Assembly (NCBI GenBank): GCA_047495785.1
Contig: JBLDXI010000054.1
Span: forward strand, 3,534,001-3,598,000
Direction: 5' to 3'
Length of the DNA stretch: 64,000 bases
Origin: Lepidodermella squamata
Lineage: Eukaryota; Animalia; Gastrotricha
Under the pieces are notes generated by a model. The model ran no database searches and was not told where the DNA came from. It saw only the letters and a program-made list of their open reading frames with translations. Below are positions 1-11,716 of the stretch, piece by piece (the first letter of the stretch is position 1; every line of letters starts with the position of its first letter). Both the position numbers and the translations under genes were made by a program.

Positions 1-2044
1 GAATGGCGTAAGCAGTGAAATTTAAGAGCACGTGTGCCGTCAGGGTGACATAGTGCGTAAACAAGCGCATGGAAGGTTTCTTGATGTAGCCATTTTCCAA
101 AGGTTCAGAAAGATTCCAAGGTTCGAAGATCCATGAAAGAAGAATCCAGGGAATAATCTCGATCATTCTCAAACGTGATGGTTCCGTTGTGCGAAGGTAT
201 CCTTGGCACGATTGAAATATCAAATTCAAAGGAGAACCAGAAACCTGGAAATTCCATATTTTGGGGAATTTCGGAAATTAGTGCCGAAGCCTTAAATTTA
301 GCGCTGGAACAAATGGTCTAGGCACAACCATTTGTCAAGGCGAAAGAACACGGAAAGTCTCATAAAGAGGATTTACTGTGAGAAATCGTTCGACCAGGGT
401 GGCCACTTTCAATAAACATTGACAGCCTGGGAATTTGGATCACAGAATGTTACCAAATTGCAGCTTAAATTCCATTGTTTACATCGAATTTTTTTACAAT
501 GCCCCTGCTCGAAAAATAATCTAAGTTAGGTACCATGAAGCTCACCAACTAAGTTACTCCGGGTACTCGAAATTCGGCTATGGCTTTGGGGTTCGGAGAC
601 TTCGGGATCAGGTAAAATGGAACGGTAAAATGGAATGAAATGGCGTGGTGCACAAACTCAGATTGAAAACTAGCCCCAACCTAATGCCTTCATGATGTTG
701 CGAACCCTTGCGTTGCTGAAGAAATTGATTTGTTGCGGTGTTTTTTCCAGTTACAACGTGGTGTTTTGTGTTGCGGCAATGGTTTTATGCGGAGGAATTT
801 CGGCAAAATGAAACTTTATGATGTTCGCTTGCTCCAAACAGAGTGAGAAATTCCCATCATCAGATCGTATTTTCGTCATTTTTATCAATTTTTTTTTTAA
901 AAAAACCCGATTTTTGTCTGTTGTAACTTCCATTTTCAACCGGATACCGTAAGCAGACATGACCAAATCTACGCCGAATTTCAAATCATTTTATCTTAGC
1001 ATACAACCGCTATATTCTGGATATTTAGCGAACAAAGTGAATTAGGATCGATTTACGGTGTTTTCGGACTTAAAATGATTGATCATCTGGGAACGGTGGA
1101 CTTTGAAAGTTCTCGAAGTATGATTCAGCCGAATACCATGAGAAAACGGAAGGAGATAATCACATTCGGTGAAGCGCCGCAAATTTAGCATCAATCCCAT
1201 TGACATCAAAATTAATTCATCCGGTCCGCTGTCACTTATTGAACGCGCCGTCATTTGAAAGCGATGAATCCGGTGCAATAGGCGCTAAATAGTTGTATCT
1301 TGACACCTTAATTTCGCCGCGACCAAAGTGTCGCCGCCTTTGTGCGTGCACCGAGTCGAGTGGCGTCAAGTTGCGGAACAACAGTTGGCGCCACGCTGCA
1401 ACTGACGTCTAATTACTAACAAGTGAGAGCGGGCGCGGACACAGCTTAGCCACTCATTACCTCGCTACCGATCACGCACCACGGAAACGACAATGTAACA
1501 GTTGCTCGCTTTTGTTTCCAGTCTCATTTCCAGTCTCTAATTCGGCGTTGCGGGCGTCCGGCGAGGCGCTCGCGTTAACTCGTGAAATTCTAGCGCGCGC
1601 CGCGCCTGGGCGCCGTCATGCGAGCTAAATAGTTGTTTAATATAAATACACGCTCGATTTCAAAATCGCACATTCACGCGATCGTCAAATTTGCAGGCCA
1701 TGTCATCTACCAGACTTCATTATTATAGGCTCCATCGCGTGTCCATCTAACAGGCAAATCGGCTATCGTGGCTTGCCCAAAATAATCTAGGCATTTTCGG
1801 CTTTACAAATATCCAGGGCGCGCTCGCCCAGGGTTTTATTACAATAATTATTGCGCTCCCACTCCGTTTCGATTGTTTACGAGCGCGTTCGATTTTTTGT
1901 AACATTAGCGGCATCGTTTGGATCAGCAAAGAAGCGTTGATAGATAGTAACCAGACTCGCTTATACCGAGACACTACTATTGCCAGCCCAGTTTACTTTA
2001 CTTTTATTTTTCTGCCTTATTATAGAATATTGTTAATCTCGGCA

Positions 2045-3629
2045 ATGAAGTTTGTTGTTATCTTGTTGTTGTTCATCGCGTTGACGACCGCCACCCAGCG
2101 AGGTCAGCAGTCGTGGTGGGACTCGCTAGCTGCCGTGGCTAATTTCAAAATGGCTTTCGAACAAGCCGTTGAAGAGCAGCAAATTTTCGAAGAGTCGTAC
2201 TGCGACGAAATCTTCCAAACGCCAACTCAGCGCCGAATTTGCCGCGCTAACGTCGCTGCGGGTAACGCTGCCGGTCTAGTTTCGGCTCTCGACTCTGCTG
2301 TTCGGCTGGCGATCAGGGAATGCAAGGAACAGTTCAAGGCCGAGCGTTGGAATTGCCCCATCGAGTGGGACCCAACTCTGTGGACCGACGGCTTTTCGCC
2401 TGAATCGATCACATTTCTTCAAGAAGGTAATTCGATACTGATTTTCGCTAATTTTTCAATTAATATTAAATTCACTCTAGGTACAAAAGAGGCTACATTT
2501 TTGGTGGCCACCATCAGCGCCGCAATGACTCATACCATCGCCCACGCCTGCGCTATCGGCAATCTAACCGAATGTTCCTGTACCCAGGCCTCGCCTTCAT
2601 TTGTCGACAACTCGCTGGCTATGGCTGCGACTACGACCGTGGCTACAATTTTCTCGAAAAGCTCGCTGCTGTCTGGCATTCGTGAGTCGTCTACTACGTC
2701 AGTCGCCAACGCCTGGCAATGGGCCGGTTGCTCGGAAAACATCCAATTTGGCCAGTTCCTCAGCCGTAAACTGCTCGACCCGCCAGCGCTCGAACGCGTT
2801 CGCTCCGACCCTAGCGACCTGCCGGCGCTTGTCCAACTTCAAAACCTGCAATTCGGCCGTAAAATGCTGACATCGCAACTTCGCGTCAACTGCCGGTGTC
2901 ATGGCTTGTCGGCGAGTTGCAGCGTGAAGACCTGCTTCCGACAGCCCTCACCCTTCCGCCAGGTCGCTGTCTCACTCCGCGAGAAATACGAACGGGCTAT
3001 GCTGGCTAGCGAAAGGCCTGAGTTGAAAGCAGTCGCCGTCGTTGCCTCATCAGTCACCAAGCCACGCAAACAGAAGCCGACAACGACCGAGGCAGCTAAT
3101 CTCGAAGTTCAAGACGATACTGGTCTGATCCGGAATCGTTTGATTCGTCGCAAGGCGAAGGATGACAGCAAGCAGTCGATTACATCAGCGTCATCGAAAA
3201 GTATCATGGCTTTTCTCCGAAACGATGTCATCCTCCGAGACAATCTTATCCATTATAAAAAGTGAGTTTTTTTTTAATTTTTTATTCCTAATTCAATCTT
3301 TTCATCTTAGATCGCCGAACTTTTGCGAGCCTAGCCCTGAATGGCCTCACGGAACTCGCGGTCGAGAGTGCGCCAAGCCCAGCCAATCAGAAGCGCCCGT
3401 CAATTCGCTCGCGCAACGGCTAGGCATGTCAGCAGGCGAAATCGAAGCACCACTTAGCAACAGTACGACGACGTCTACATTAGCCTCTTGTGACGCTTTG
3501 TGTTGTGGTAGAGGTTACGAAACTAAATTAGTATACGTAGCCGAACCTTGCCGGTGTAAATTTCAGTGGTGCTGTGAAATTAAGTGTGAAACTTGCTGGA
3601 CAACAAAAGAAGTTCATACCTGTAAATAA
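2045..3629 (+). CDS. wnt9: Wnt family ligand, most similar to Wnt9 (3 exons: 2045-2426, 2481-3261, 3311-3629)
   Basis: Signal peptide MKFVVILLLFIALTTA. Wnt motifs ECKEQFKAERWNC, G|TKEATF, WQWAGCSEN, CRCHGLSASCSVKTC, SPNFC, CDALCCGRGY, CRCKFQWCCEIKCETC. GT-AG introns 2427-2480 and 3262-3310 keep the frame. Subfamily call rests on remembered Wnt9 similarity (QRRICR, CFRQPSPFRQV...KYE) and is less certain than the family call. Confidence 0.9.
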
Positions 3630-4153
3630 CCTTGTTTAGCTTGCCTTTTATTCTATGTCTCAAATCTCAAATTGTATTTTATAATAATCGACCTTATGTT
3701 ATGTACGATCGAAATATGATTTTTATAGCAAATCATGTGACAAAAAATTCTAAAAAAATATTTAGCATGTTATGAATCGCATGTGTTCCGATGCCCGATA
3801 ATTATGGTTGTTGAACTGTTGGAAACAAAAATATCGGTGAAACTGCTGCTATGAAACGAGAAAAAGCTCAGCCGAATGCAATGTCTGTAAAACTAACTGC
3901 ATGTTTTTATATGTGAATTTTGCACTAATATTTGTCATAACTTCTGCGCGCATTTTGAATGCTGAAAAATTATACGGTGAACAAATAAAACGATTGGAAT
4001 ATTACAAAAAAATGGCTTTATTTCTTCGATTCGATAATTAATAGCACGGGTGGTTTAATTGTATTACAAGCTATTAGTTGGCCTATGCGTTTTGAGATCA
4101 GTTGTTGTAAAAAATGTTCACGATAGTTGTACATCAAGCGAATTGGAAGAAAT

Positions 4154-4459
4154 TTATTTACCCAAATAGCGGGCTCGTTTCGAGATTTCAGTACAGCCGA
4201 TTTCTTCCCGCCTCTCGGCTGGGGTAGATTCGTCGAGGCAAAGTTCAAGCACCGAAATCCATTGCGAGACTTGATCGTCAAGGCTAGGGTCAGATCGCTT
4301 TCCAAGATACCGAGCTCGTTTGCCGAGATAGCGGGCTCGCTTGAAGGCCATCAACGGGTCGGATGCGAAGCTGTTGTCGCTCGAGCTGCTATCACCAGCA
4401 TAGGCTACAATGGCGAAAATCGCGCAAACCAGCAAAATCGCGAGAAGCTGAAATTTCAT
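4154..4459 (-). CDS. Neuropeptide precursor encoding 3x ARYLamide plus a C-x14-C spacer peptide
   Basis: Signal peptide; KR-ARYL-GKR-ARYL-GKR and terminal KR-ARYL-GK*, i.e. canonical dibasic cleavage and Gly amidation sites; single coding exon. Confidence 0.92.
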   Translation of the reverse strand: MKFQLLAILLVCAIFAIVAYAGDSSSSDNSFASDPLMAFKRARYLGKRARYLGKRSDPSLDDQVSQWISVLELCLDESTPAERREEIGCTEISKRARYLGK

Positions 4460-5811
4460 GTTTCAAATTGTAGCTAAAATTAGTTTCTAGGAAAATTGTA
4501 TATTAAGCAGAAATTATCGCAATGAAAAAGATTTATAGGGCCGGCCGATTCAATTATTCGAATTAAGCAATCGGAGTTCTGACTTGAATATGAATTATAC
4601 GCAACGCCTCCAGTCACGTTCGCATGCCATCGTGTTGACAAAGCCATTGCGATGGCAAACATATCAACGTCGGTGCCTGTCGCCCGATTGACATCGAGAG
4701 GATACTCAAAGTTTGATTGTCGGCTGATTTTGGCGCTTTTTTCTACCGCGCGGCTGTTTTTTCATCGCACCCACTTATTGGCCAGCGCGACGTGATTAGC
4801 ATCAAAACTACCGCGGGTTTCGATGACATTGACGCTGCGATAACAAAAAAAGAGCGGAGGGAGGGGGCGTGTACTTTATCAGAGACATGATTAATTTTGA
4901 ATTATTTTTATCGCAGCTAAAATAATCGACGGAAACGAAAAAATTATATGAGGGAGAGGCGGAAAAATTCCCGTTTCGCAGATTAAGCGTGAATATGCAA
5001 AAGTCACCTTTTGCTGGCCTACGCATGCGAAAAAATGGCTAAGGAAGTCTGGTATCTCAAGATAAATCGGCGGTTATTAAATTTATTTTCCACCAGGCTT
5101 TTTTTTGGCGACCAGACGGTAAATTCAATAAGCGATTGTGGGAGGCTTATGACGTATGACGGCGTAATTTTATCAATGGAAGCTATTGCGAAAAAGATTT
5201 CTGAGAATTTTTAAATTAAATAATTTTTTTTAAAATTTGATTCAAAATTCTGACGTCGCTACGCATAATGTAATAACACACTTTTCGGACTTGAATTGAC
5301 CTGTCTCCTGTGAGAATTCCCAATAAAAAATAGTTAATTAGCTGAAAAAGGGAGTAATCATTCTTGGAAAAATTGAAAAAATAATGGGACGCTTTTTTTC
5401 TAAGGTTTCATAATGTTTTCCGGACTGCTTGCACCCTATCAAACCTTTTTATTATGCTCCTCATATGACGGTTGTCAGCGATAAGTACCATAACATTGCT
5501 AGAATAGCAAGAACAGTTGAGGCCGACCGCTATAAGCGATCACTTTCTGCGGCCGTTTCGAGTTCGTAAAGGGATTGAAATCCCAGGTTTTACTATAAAT
5601 CTAACAGAGCTACACAATTATCGGCTCAAATAAATTGAGCTGCTTGCAAGAAAAACAACAAGTATATCAGGAAACACAAAAGCGGATAATGTTTTCTCGC
5701 TTATTTATTAACGCATCGTCGCCTCCGCCAGGTTAGCCGCATAAAATATAATACAAAATCACGATTTTATGTGCAATTTCGAGTTCAAAGGAAGAAGCCA
5801 TTCTGAGTTCG

Positions 5812-7167
5812 CTAGTTTTCGTTAAATTCCAAAACAGTATCGACGTAAGTTTTCGAGACAAAATCGACAATGCACAGGTTGATTGTCCCCGGCGAGAGGG
5901 AAGCGTTTGCTTTCTTGGCCTTCAGCCAACCGATGAAGTTGTCCCGCATTCCCAACGCTACATCGTCCTTGAGATTGCCAGCACCGGAAAATAACGACCC
6001 CGATATATCGCTAGCATCGCCCGAACCGACCCCTGAAAACAGTTTATCAGAGTGAAAAAGCATGGCTGAAAAATATTTTTCCAACCTTGATATTCGAGGA
6101 AAAATGATGTTCTGTCATCGACAGGGGTAGTGAAACGCTTGATTCCTTGGTCTAGGTAAGAGGAAACTGTTTGCCAGTTAGAAGAGCCAGCCCATAGCCA
6201 AACTATAGACGCACCTGAGAAAAAATAAGGCGATAAATAATGCGACTAAAATCCAAAAAATTACTCACCCGGTGGCCAGAAAACAGACGGTGGCCGGCGG
6301 CCGTATTGATTTTCTGGAACGTAGGGCGCAACGTCGAAAATGATGATTACATTGCCGATTCTAGGAGATCGAGACGCCAGCCAATCCAGTGAAATGCTCT
6401 CCAAACTGCGAGTTTCATTTCGATCGGTTTGATACGCCAGCAGAGTTCCATTGAAAATTTGCTTAACGCGGTCATTGATTTGTTGGTAAACGGCCCGATT
6501 GAAGTTGTAGACGTGGCGAAAATAGAGAATAATCACTTCGTCGGGATGCGACTTGGCAAAATCCGCAATAGGAATCATTTCCGTGGCGAAGGTCCTACCA
6601 TAAAGGCCTGAAAAATCTTGTATCTTTCCGTTCTAAATAATTTGTTTTTTAATTTTTACCATGAACAATTCGAATTCTACCAGTGGATTGTTGATAGCCC
6701 AATCGAATATCGAAATATCGTATCCCCATTTTGAGTTGGTCCTCCATGTCCAGATCCTGAGTTTTCGACCACCCGTACGAAATTGTCGACGACGTATTTC
6801 CAAGATTGGTTAAAGCCGAACTGACGAGACGCTGACCCTGCCTGTCCGTGTTAGCTTGCTGCGGATTTGTATTCGCGCTATTAGCCGAGTTGACCATATT
6901 TGCAATCATGTTGAAAACCGGAGCGGCCATTCGCGAAATTCCACCAAAAGTATCAACCCATTTCAGATCGCTTGAATCGCCGATTTCGCTATTTGGGTCT
7001 AAATTACTAGTGCCGCTATCGTGAGACCCGGGAATTGCGATTCGAGTGATTGGCCTAGATCTAGCTGGACCCTGCAAATCCCGCATCCAATTTTCATAGT
7101 CGATTTCAGCTCGGCTTAACGCAGCAAAAATGCTGCCAACAATTAGAGTAATCGACCAAAATCTCAT
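5812..7167 (-). CDS. plcxd: Secreted PI-PLC X domain-containing protein, copy A (exons 7167-6660, 6607-6269, 6214-6086, 6032-5812)
   Basis: PGSHDSGT, SKTQDL..QL..GIRYFDIR, IVH|GLYG, HPDEVIILYF, INLCIVDFV; three GT-AG introns of 52-54 nt restore the frame; hydrophobic N-terminal signal peptide. Confidence 0.88.
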
Positions 7168-7290
7168 AATAAAAGCCTAAATAGAAATTTATTTACAATT
7201 TATTCGAAAGCAATTGTGTAGTCTTAATCTATCCTACATTTTTAGTGAAAAATTAAGGGTTAAATTCAGAAAAAAAGTTTGATGTGACGT

Positions 7291-8441
7291 CTATTTTTTC
7301 CCTGGGAGAATGTTCAAGCTGAGTACAGCGTCGACGAAAGGTTTGTTGACAAAATCAGTCGGGCATAGGTTGATCACTCCTCTAGGCACGAATCCTTTCT
7401 TTCCCGTCAACCATTGCGTGAACCTAGCCGTAGTTCGATTGGCCATCGATGCCTCCAGGGTAGCTGATGGGTTGCTCAACAAATACCGAGAAACATCTTC
7501 ATTCGACGGCGTAGCAACTCCTTGAACTTCGAGGAAAAACGAATATCGATCATCAGGGTCCGAGTATGATTGAACTCTAGTATCGAGATATTCCATTATC
7601 GAGTCAGGGTTCGAATTGCCAGGCCACAACGAGACGATAGCTCCATTTCTCGGCCAATATCGCAATGGTTTCGAAGTGTTGGACTGAATTTCGTCGTAGA
7701 TAATGATAACATTGCCTTGCTTATCCCGGCTGACAGTAGACAGGGTAATATCCATTAGATCTCGAGGCGTTTTGTTCGGCCTTTCCGATCGGATGAGAGT
7801 GTTACCGAAAATTCCCTCGAGAGCATCCCCTAATCTCTGATGATAGCCATCATTGAACCGGTAGAATTCTTTGAGGTAGAGCACGATAACTTCATCAGGG
7901 TATCGTCTAGCAAAATCAGCGAGAACTCCGAATTCAACATCGATCGATCGGCCGTACAGACCATGGGCGATTCTGAATTGTTGGGTTGTCGATTGAAAAG
8001 CAATCCTTGCCTCGAAATAACGGATGCCAAGCGCTAGCTGATACGTCGTGTTCATACGTTGCGTTTTCGACCAGTTGTATGCGATTGTCTTCGGATCTAG
8101 CGAGACCTGTCGACGGGAGAATATCGACAGAACGCCGTTGATGGCGCCGCTGAACGGGCTGAGTTTGTTCACCCAATCGAACGAACCCTCATCGGCTACC
8201 TCGCTGTAGCTGTCCAGGTAATAGGTGAAGCTATTATGGGAACCTTGGAAACTTTCGAAATTAAAAGCAAATTAACGGATTTATCTATTTCACCCGGAAT
8301 AGCTAGTCGAGTAATTGGAAGAGACCGGACATCGTCTGAAGACTGTTTCATCCAATTGACGTAGTTTCGAGATTGACCGGCGACATTTTGGTAAGTAACC
8401 AGTGCCAATATCAGGATGAAAAGACTTCCTGATAGCTTCAT
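7291..8441 (-). CDS. plcxd: Secreted PI-PLC X domain-containing protein, copy B (2 exons, intron ~8244-8293)
   Basis: LPITRLAIP|GSHNS, SKTQ..QLALGIRYFEAR, IAHGLYG, YPDEVIVLYL, INLCPTDFV; signal peptide MKLSGSLFILILALVTYQNVAG; clear paralog of copy A. Confidence 0.88.
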
Positions 8442-8885
8442 AGTTTAAGTAATATTCGTTGTCTCGGATTTGCAGGTGAAATTTGGTTAGTAAATTACAG
8501 CATTTAGTTTTAAGAGCAAACACAGCCTCGAGCAACGTCAGTTGCGCCCACGTCGGGTGACAACACTCGCTCTCCACAGCACGTTTTTTCCCCTTCTGGC
8601 AAGCTTCGTTATATTTGCTAACCGCTTTTGAAACGTTAATTATCAACTTGTCGGTAATAAAAGACAGTTTACATTAGAATATCTTTTGTCGAAATCACGG
8701 CGTAAGCTTTGATGAAGTTCAAGTCGAGAATTTTCATTAGGTAATAAACCCCAGTGAAAATGCGTCGATTTTGGAATAATATGTGTTTTATTCTTATATA
8801 GCCTTTCAAAAATTTGGCGTACAAAAAAGCTCTTCGCTCGAATTGGGGTCATTTCAAAGCTTGTAACAAAGCGATTTTTTTATCT

Positions 8886-9512
8886 TTAGCCAACGTAGCG
8901 AGGTTGTCCGCGACCCTTTGACGCCGAATGTCCGCCAGCTCGGACCATTGGGTTGAAAAATTTGCAGCCACCTAGAAAAAAACAGAAAAGATCAGCGTCC
9001 TTATAATTGAGAAATTCCAACTAAATCCTGGATGTACTCATATTCGCTCATACTTAATCTGACCCTAAAATCCTGACTAATTGCCCAATATATCATTACT
9101 GAGGGCGTCAAAATCTCCGAGATTAATTAAGCTGGTTTAACCTTGAATTTTTCCTAAATCCCTGAATTTTTCACCTTAGATTTCTGAACTGAAGGAATGC
9201 TCAATTAAAACTTGTTTTAACCCAAGGTCTAAGGTAACATTGCTTTAAGGGCATATAATTCAACTGAATCTTACCTGTTCGACAAGGTATAACCTTGCCA
9301 TCTGTATAAAGCTGAGCCAAACCTCCGTCAGGTAAGCGAATCAGGTTAGGGTAAGGAATCGACTCTTCTTCCTCAACTGGGTTCATTTCCAAATCGTCCA
9401 TCTGATGTGATTCGAGGCTTCGTTTTAACCTGAACATTGCAGCTCCTTCCGCTGCTACAACAGCTACTACGGCGATAATGCCGACACAACATATTAGTTT
9501 ATCTGATCCCAT
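8886..9512 (-). CDS. Secreted peptide precursor (107 aa) ending ...CRTGGCKFFNPMVRAGGHSASKGRGQPRYVG* (PRYVamide); exons 9512-9275, 8971-8886
   Basis: Signal peptide, RLKR furin site and acidic spacer. Donor AG|GTAAG at 9275/9274 and acceptor TTTTCTAG|G at 8972/8971 join in phase 1, giving a C-terminal Gly before TAA. The second exon is not in the ORF track. Confidence 0.78.
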
Positions 9513-10138
9513 TTTAAGCTAATAAAAACTGTAAAAAAAATAATTTGTGCGATGAAGTGGGAAACGGGCGGGTACGTCTGGGGTGCGGAAACCCCTGCCC
9601 AGCATAGCGTGATAGCTAATCGATGCCAAAACAAAACAGAGGGTGGGAGTGGGAATTTTAAGACACAAAACTCGTGTTTGGCTTCTGAAAATAATGAGAC
9701 ACACACACGAAAGAAAAATTGCGGTCGTTATTTATTATCTGTTGAAGAATGCTATCGAAATCGCAAGGTTTTCGCTTTATTAAATCAAAATAATATGATT
9801 GGATTGAGATGGAAAAATAAGACTTAACAAAGTATATATTGTTATAATATGCTGCGAGTGCGTGATAAATCGCGCTCATACACCGCTTTCGCTCTCGGAC
9901 TAGTCGGGAAAAAAATGGCGCGGGCGGCAGGCCGATCGAAATCACATCGAGACGCGTTTTCAAATCCTAATATTATTATTAATTATTTCTCACGCGATAT
10001 GCTATAAATTAGTCATATAGTATGGCACAACACATGCAGATGAGAGAAGACACAAAAAAATCGCCATTTTTCGATGATTTGATGAACAAATACGTTGGAT
10101 ACAACGAAAACCGGATTCCACCACCGCACGACGCTTGC

Positions 10139-10441
10139 TTAGCCGAAGTATCGAGAATGCTTGTTGTGCATGCGGGCCGCCGTCTGGTGATCTTCCGCCG
10201 AATGGTCGTCGCAACCGGCCTTTTCGTGCAAGTCATGGCTGAATCGGAAATCTGAAAACAGGAATATTTTTTATGAATTTTTAATTCAGATTTTTTCCAA
10301 CACACCTTCGCAAAATTGGCGCAGTAATAGGGTTTCCATTGCTGCTTCATCGATGGGGTCAGCTCTTACGGTCAGCAGGAAAGCGAAAGCGAAAACCAGT
10401 ACGGCAAACATCACGCTCAGTTTCGAAAAGTTGGAAATCAT
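10139..10441 (-). CDS. Secreted peptide precursor (82 aa) ending ...HNKHSRYFG* (RYFamide); exons 10441-10306, 10251-10139
   Basis: Manual translation: MISNFSKLSVMFAVLVFAFAFLLTVRA-DPIDEAAMETLLLRQFCE|DFRFSHDLHEKAGCDDHSAEDHQTAARMHNKHSRYFG*. 54-nt GT-AG intron 10305-10252; signal peptide; C-x14-C as in the ARYL precursor. Absent from the ORF track. Confidence 0.82.
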
Positions 10442-11716
10442 GGCAATTTCCGGTTTTAAAATTGCGGATAAAATATGCTAGTATAAATCTACAGGTGAAA
10501 AGTAGAAATGAGAATTGCGTTTTGTTCGGAAAAGCAGTGATTATAAGCGTGATTTATTGGTGGTTTCTAGCGTCACAACCCCACGCGATTAAGATTGTAA
10601 TGAAAAAACAGGCTTAGCAAAAGGTCACAGAAGAACACAAGAAATAACAGCCTGGCATCATCTTCCTGGAAAGTGTTCCTTAAGCCCATTCTGTAATTGA
10701 AAAAGTTGCCACACTCTACCCAGGTGTAGGTGTAGATGCAAGCCTATCATCATTAGGGGCAAATAAAAGATGTGACATGGATTATGGAGAAGAGTCGCTG
10801 AATAATTAGCTAACCAAGAAAGGAAAATCGAAATTTTGTCGCAAGGACAAAAGTAGAGTGAAATCTGCGATTTGATGAAACAAAGAAACCCTGATGGCAA
10901 ATATGAGGAGTTCGACCCCAGAGTAAGAAACCCTTGCCGCCGCGTTTCCTATATATAAAAAACATACCCGCCTTGTTTTCTCAGCAGATAAAAGAAAATC
11001 GTAGGTTGGGCTTACAATATTTACCGTAAAAATGAATTCGGACTCTAATAGACGGCATATGAAATGAACAAAAAAATTAGCGGATGCGATTTAATCTGGG
11101 TTTTTATGGGAGAGTTATTTTTGGACACTCAACTAATTAGCTAAAACGGGGGCGTATTTTCAATATTTACCTACAGGTAACAAAAATTTGATTTTTTTGT
11201 TTACATTCTGTTGGTAGGCGCTCTCTAGGTGATGTTTATTTCCTAGGTCGCTTCTTGACATTTCATTAGTACTCTAAGTCCATTGTTTTTTAGGTGGAAA
11301 TTGAAAAATTATCTTCGGACTATATTGATTAACCTTCCTTCGGTTCGTTTTAAGAAAAAACTTCTGGAAAATAAGAAATAATAATGAATCATGGTTCCTA
11401 AATTAACCTAAATTTATTTGCAAAAAGTCTTTGCGAAGGGTCATTCCTAATACTACATATATAGAAATGATTCTTGGCTTATTCTTATTGATTTGGCTAA
11501 GATCCATTACGTAGGGGCAAATTTAATTCTTCAGGGCTGATAATAACTGATGCGAAATATGTCTTTTTTCAATATATATTAGTATTCCATTGATTCGCTT
11601 GGGTGGAGAAATAATGATAAATAAAAGGCAGCATACGCGTTTCGGACTTATCGGAAATCACGAGACTAAATGCCCGCGCATGTTTGTATAAGATATATCC
11701 GTCTCGCATTTACTTA

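Noticed and set aside
1-245. Minus-strand open frame running off the window edge (MIEIIPWILLSWIFEPW...)
   Set aside because: Truncated, with no recognisable motif; cannot support a gene call.
10009-10350. ORF-track ORFs 10009-10350(-), 10002-10214(-), 10022-10255(+)
   Set aside because: Alternative frames or antisense of the spliced RYFamide precursor gene.
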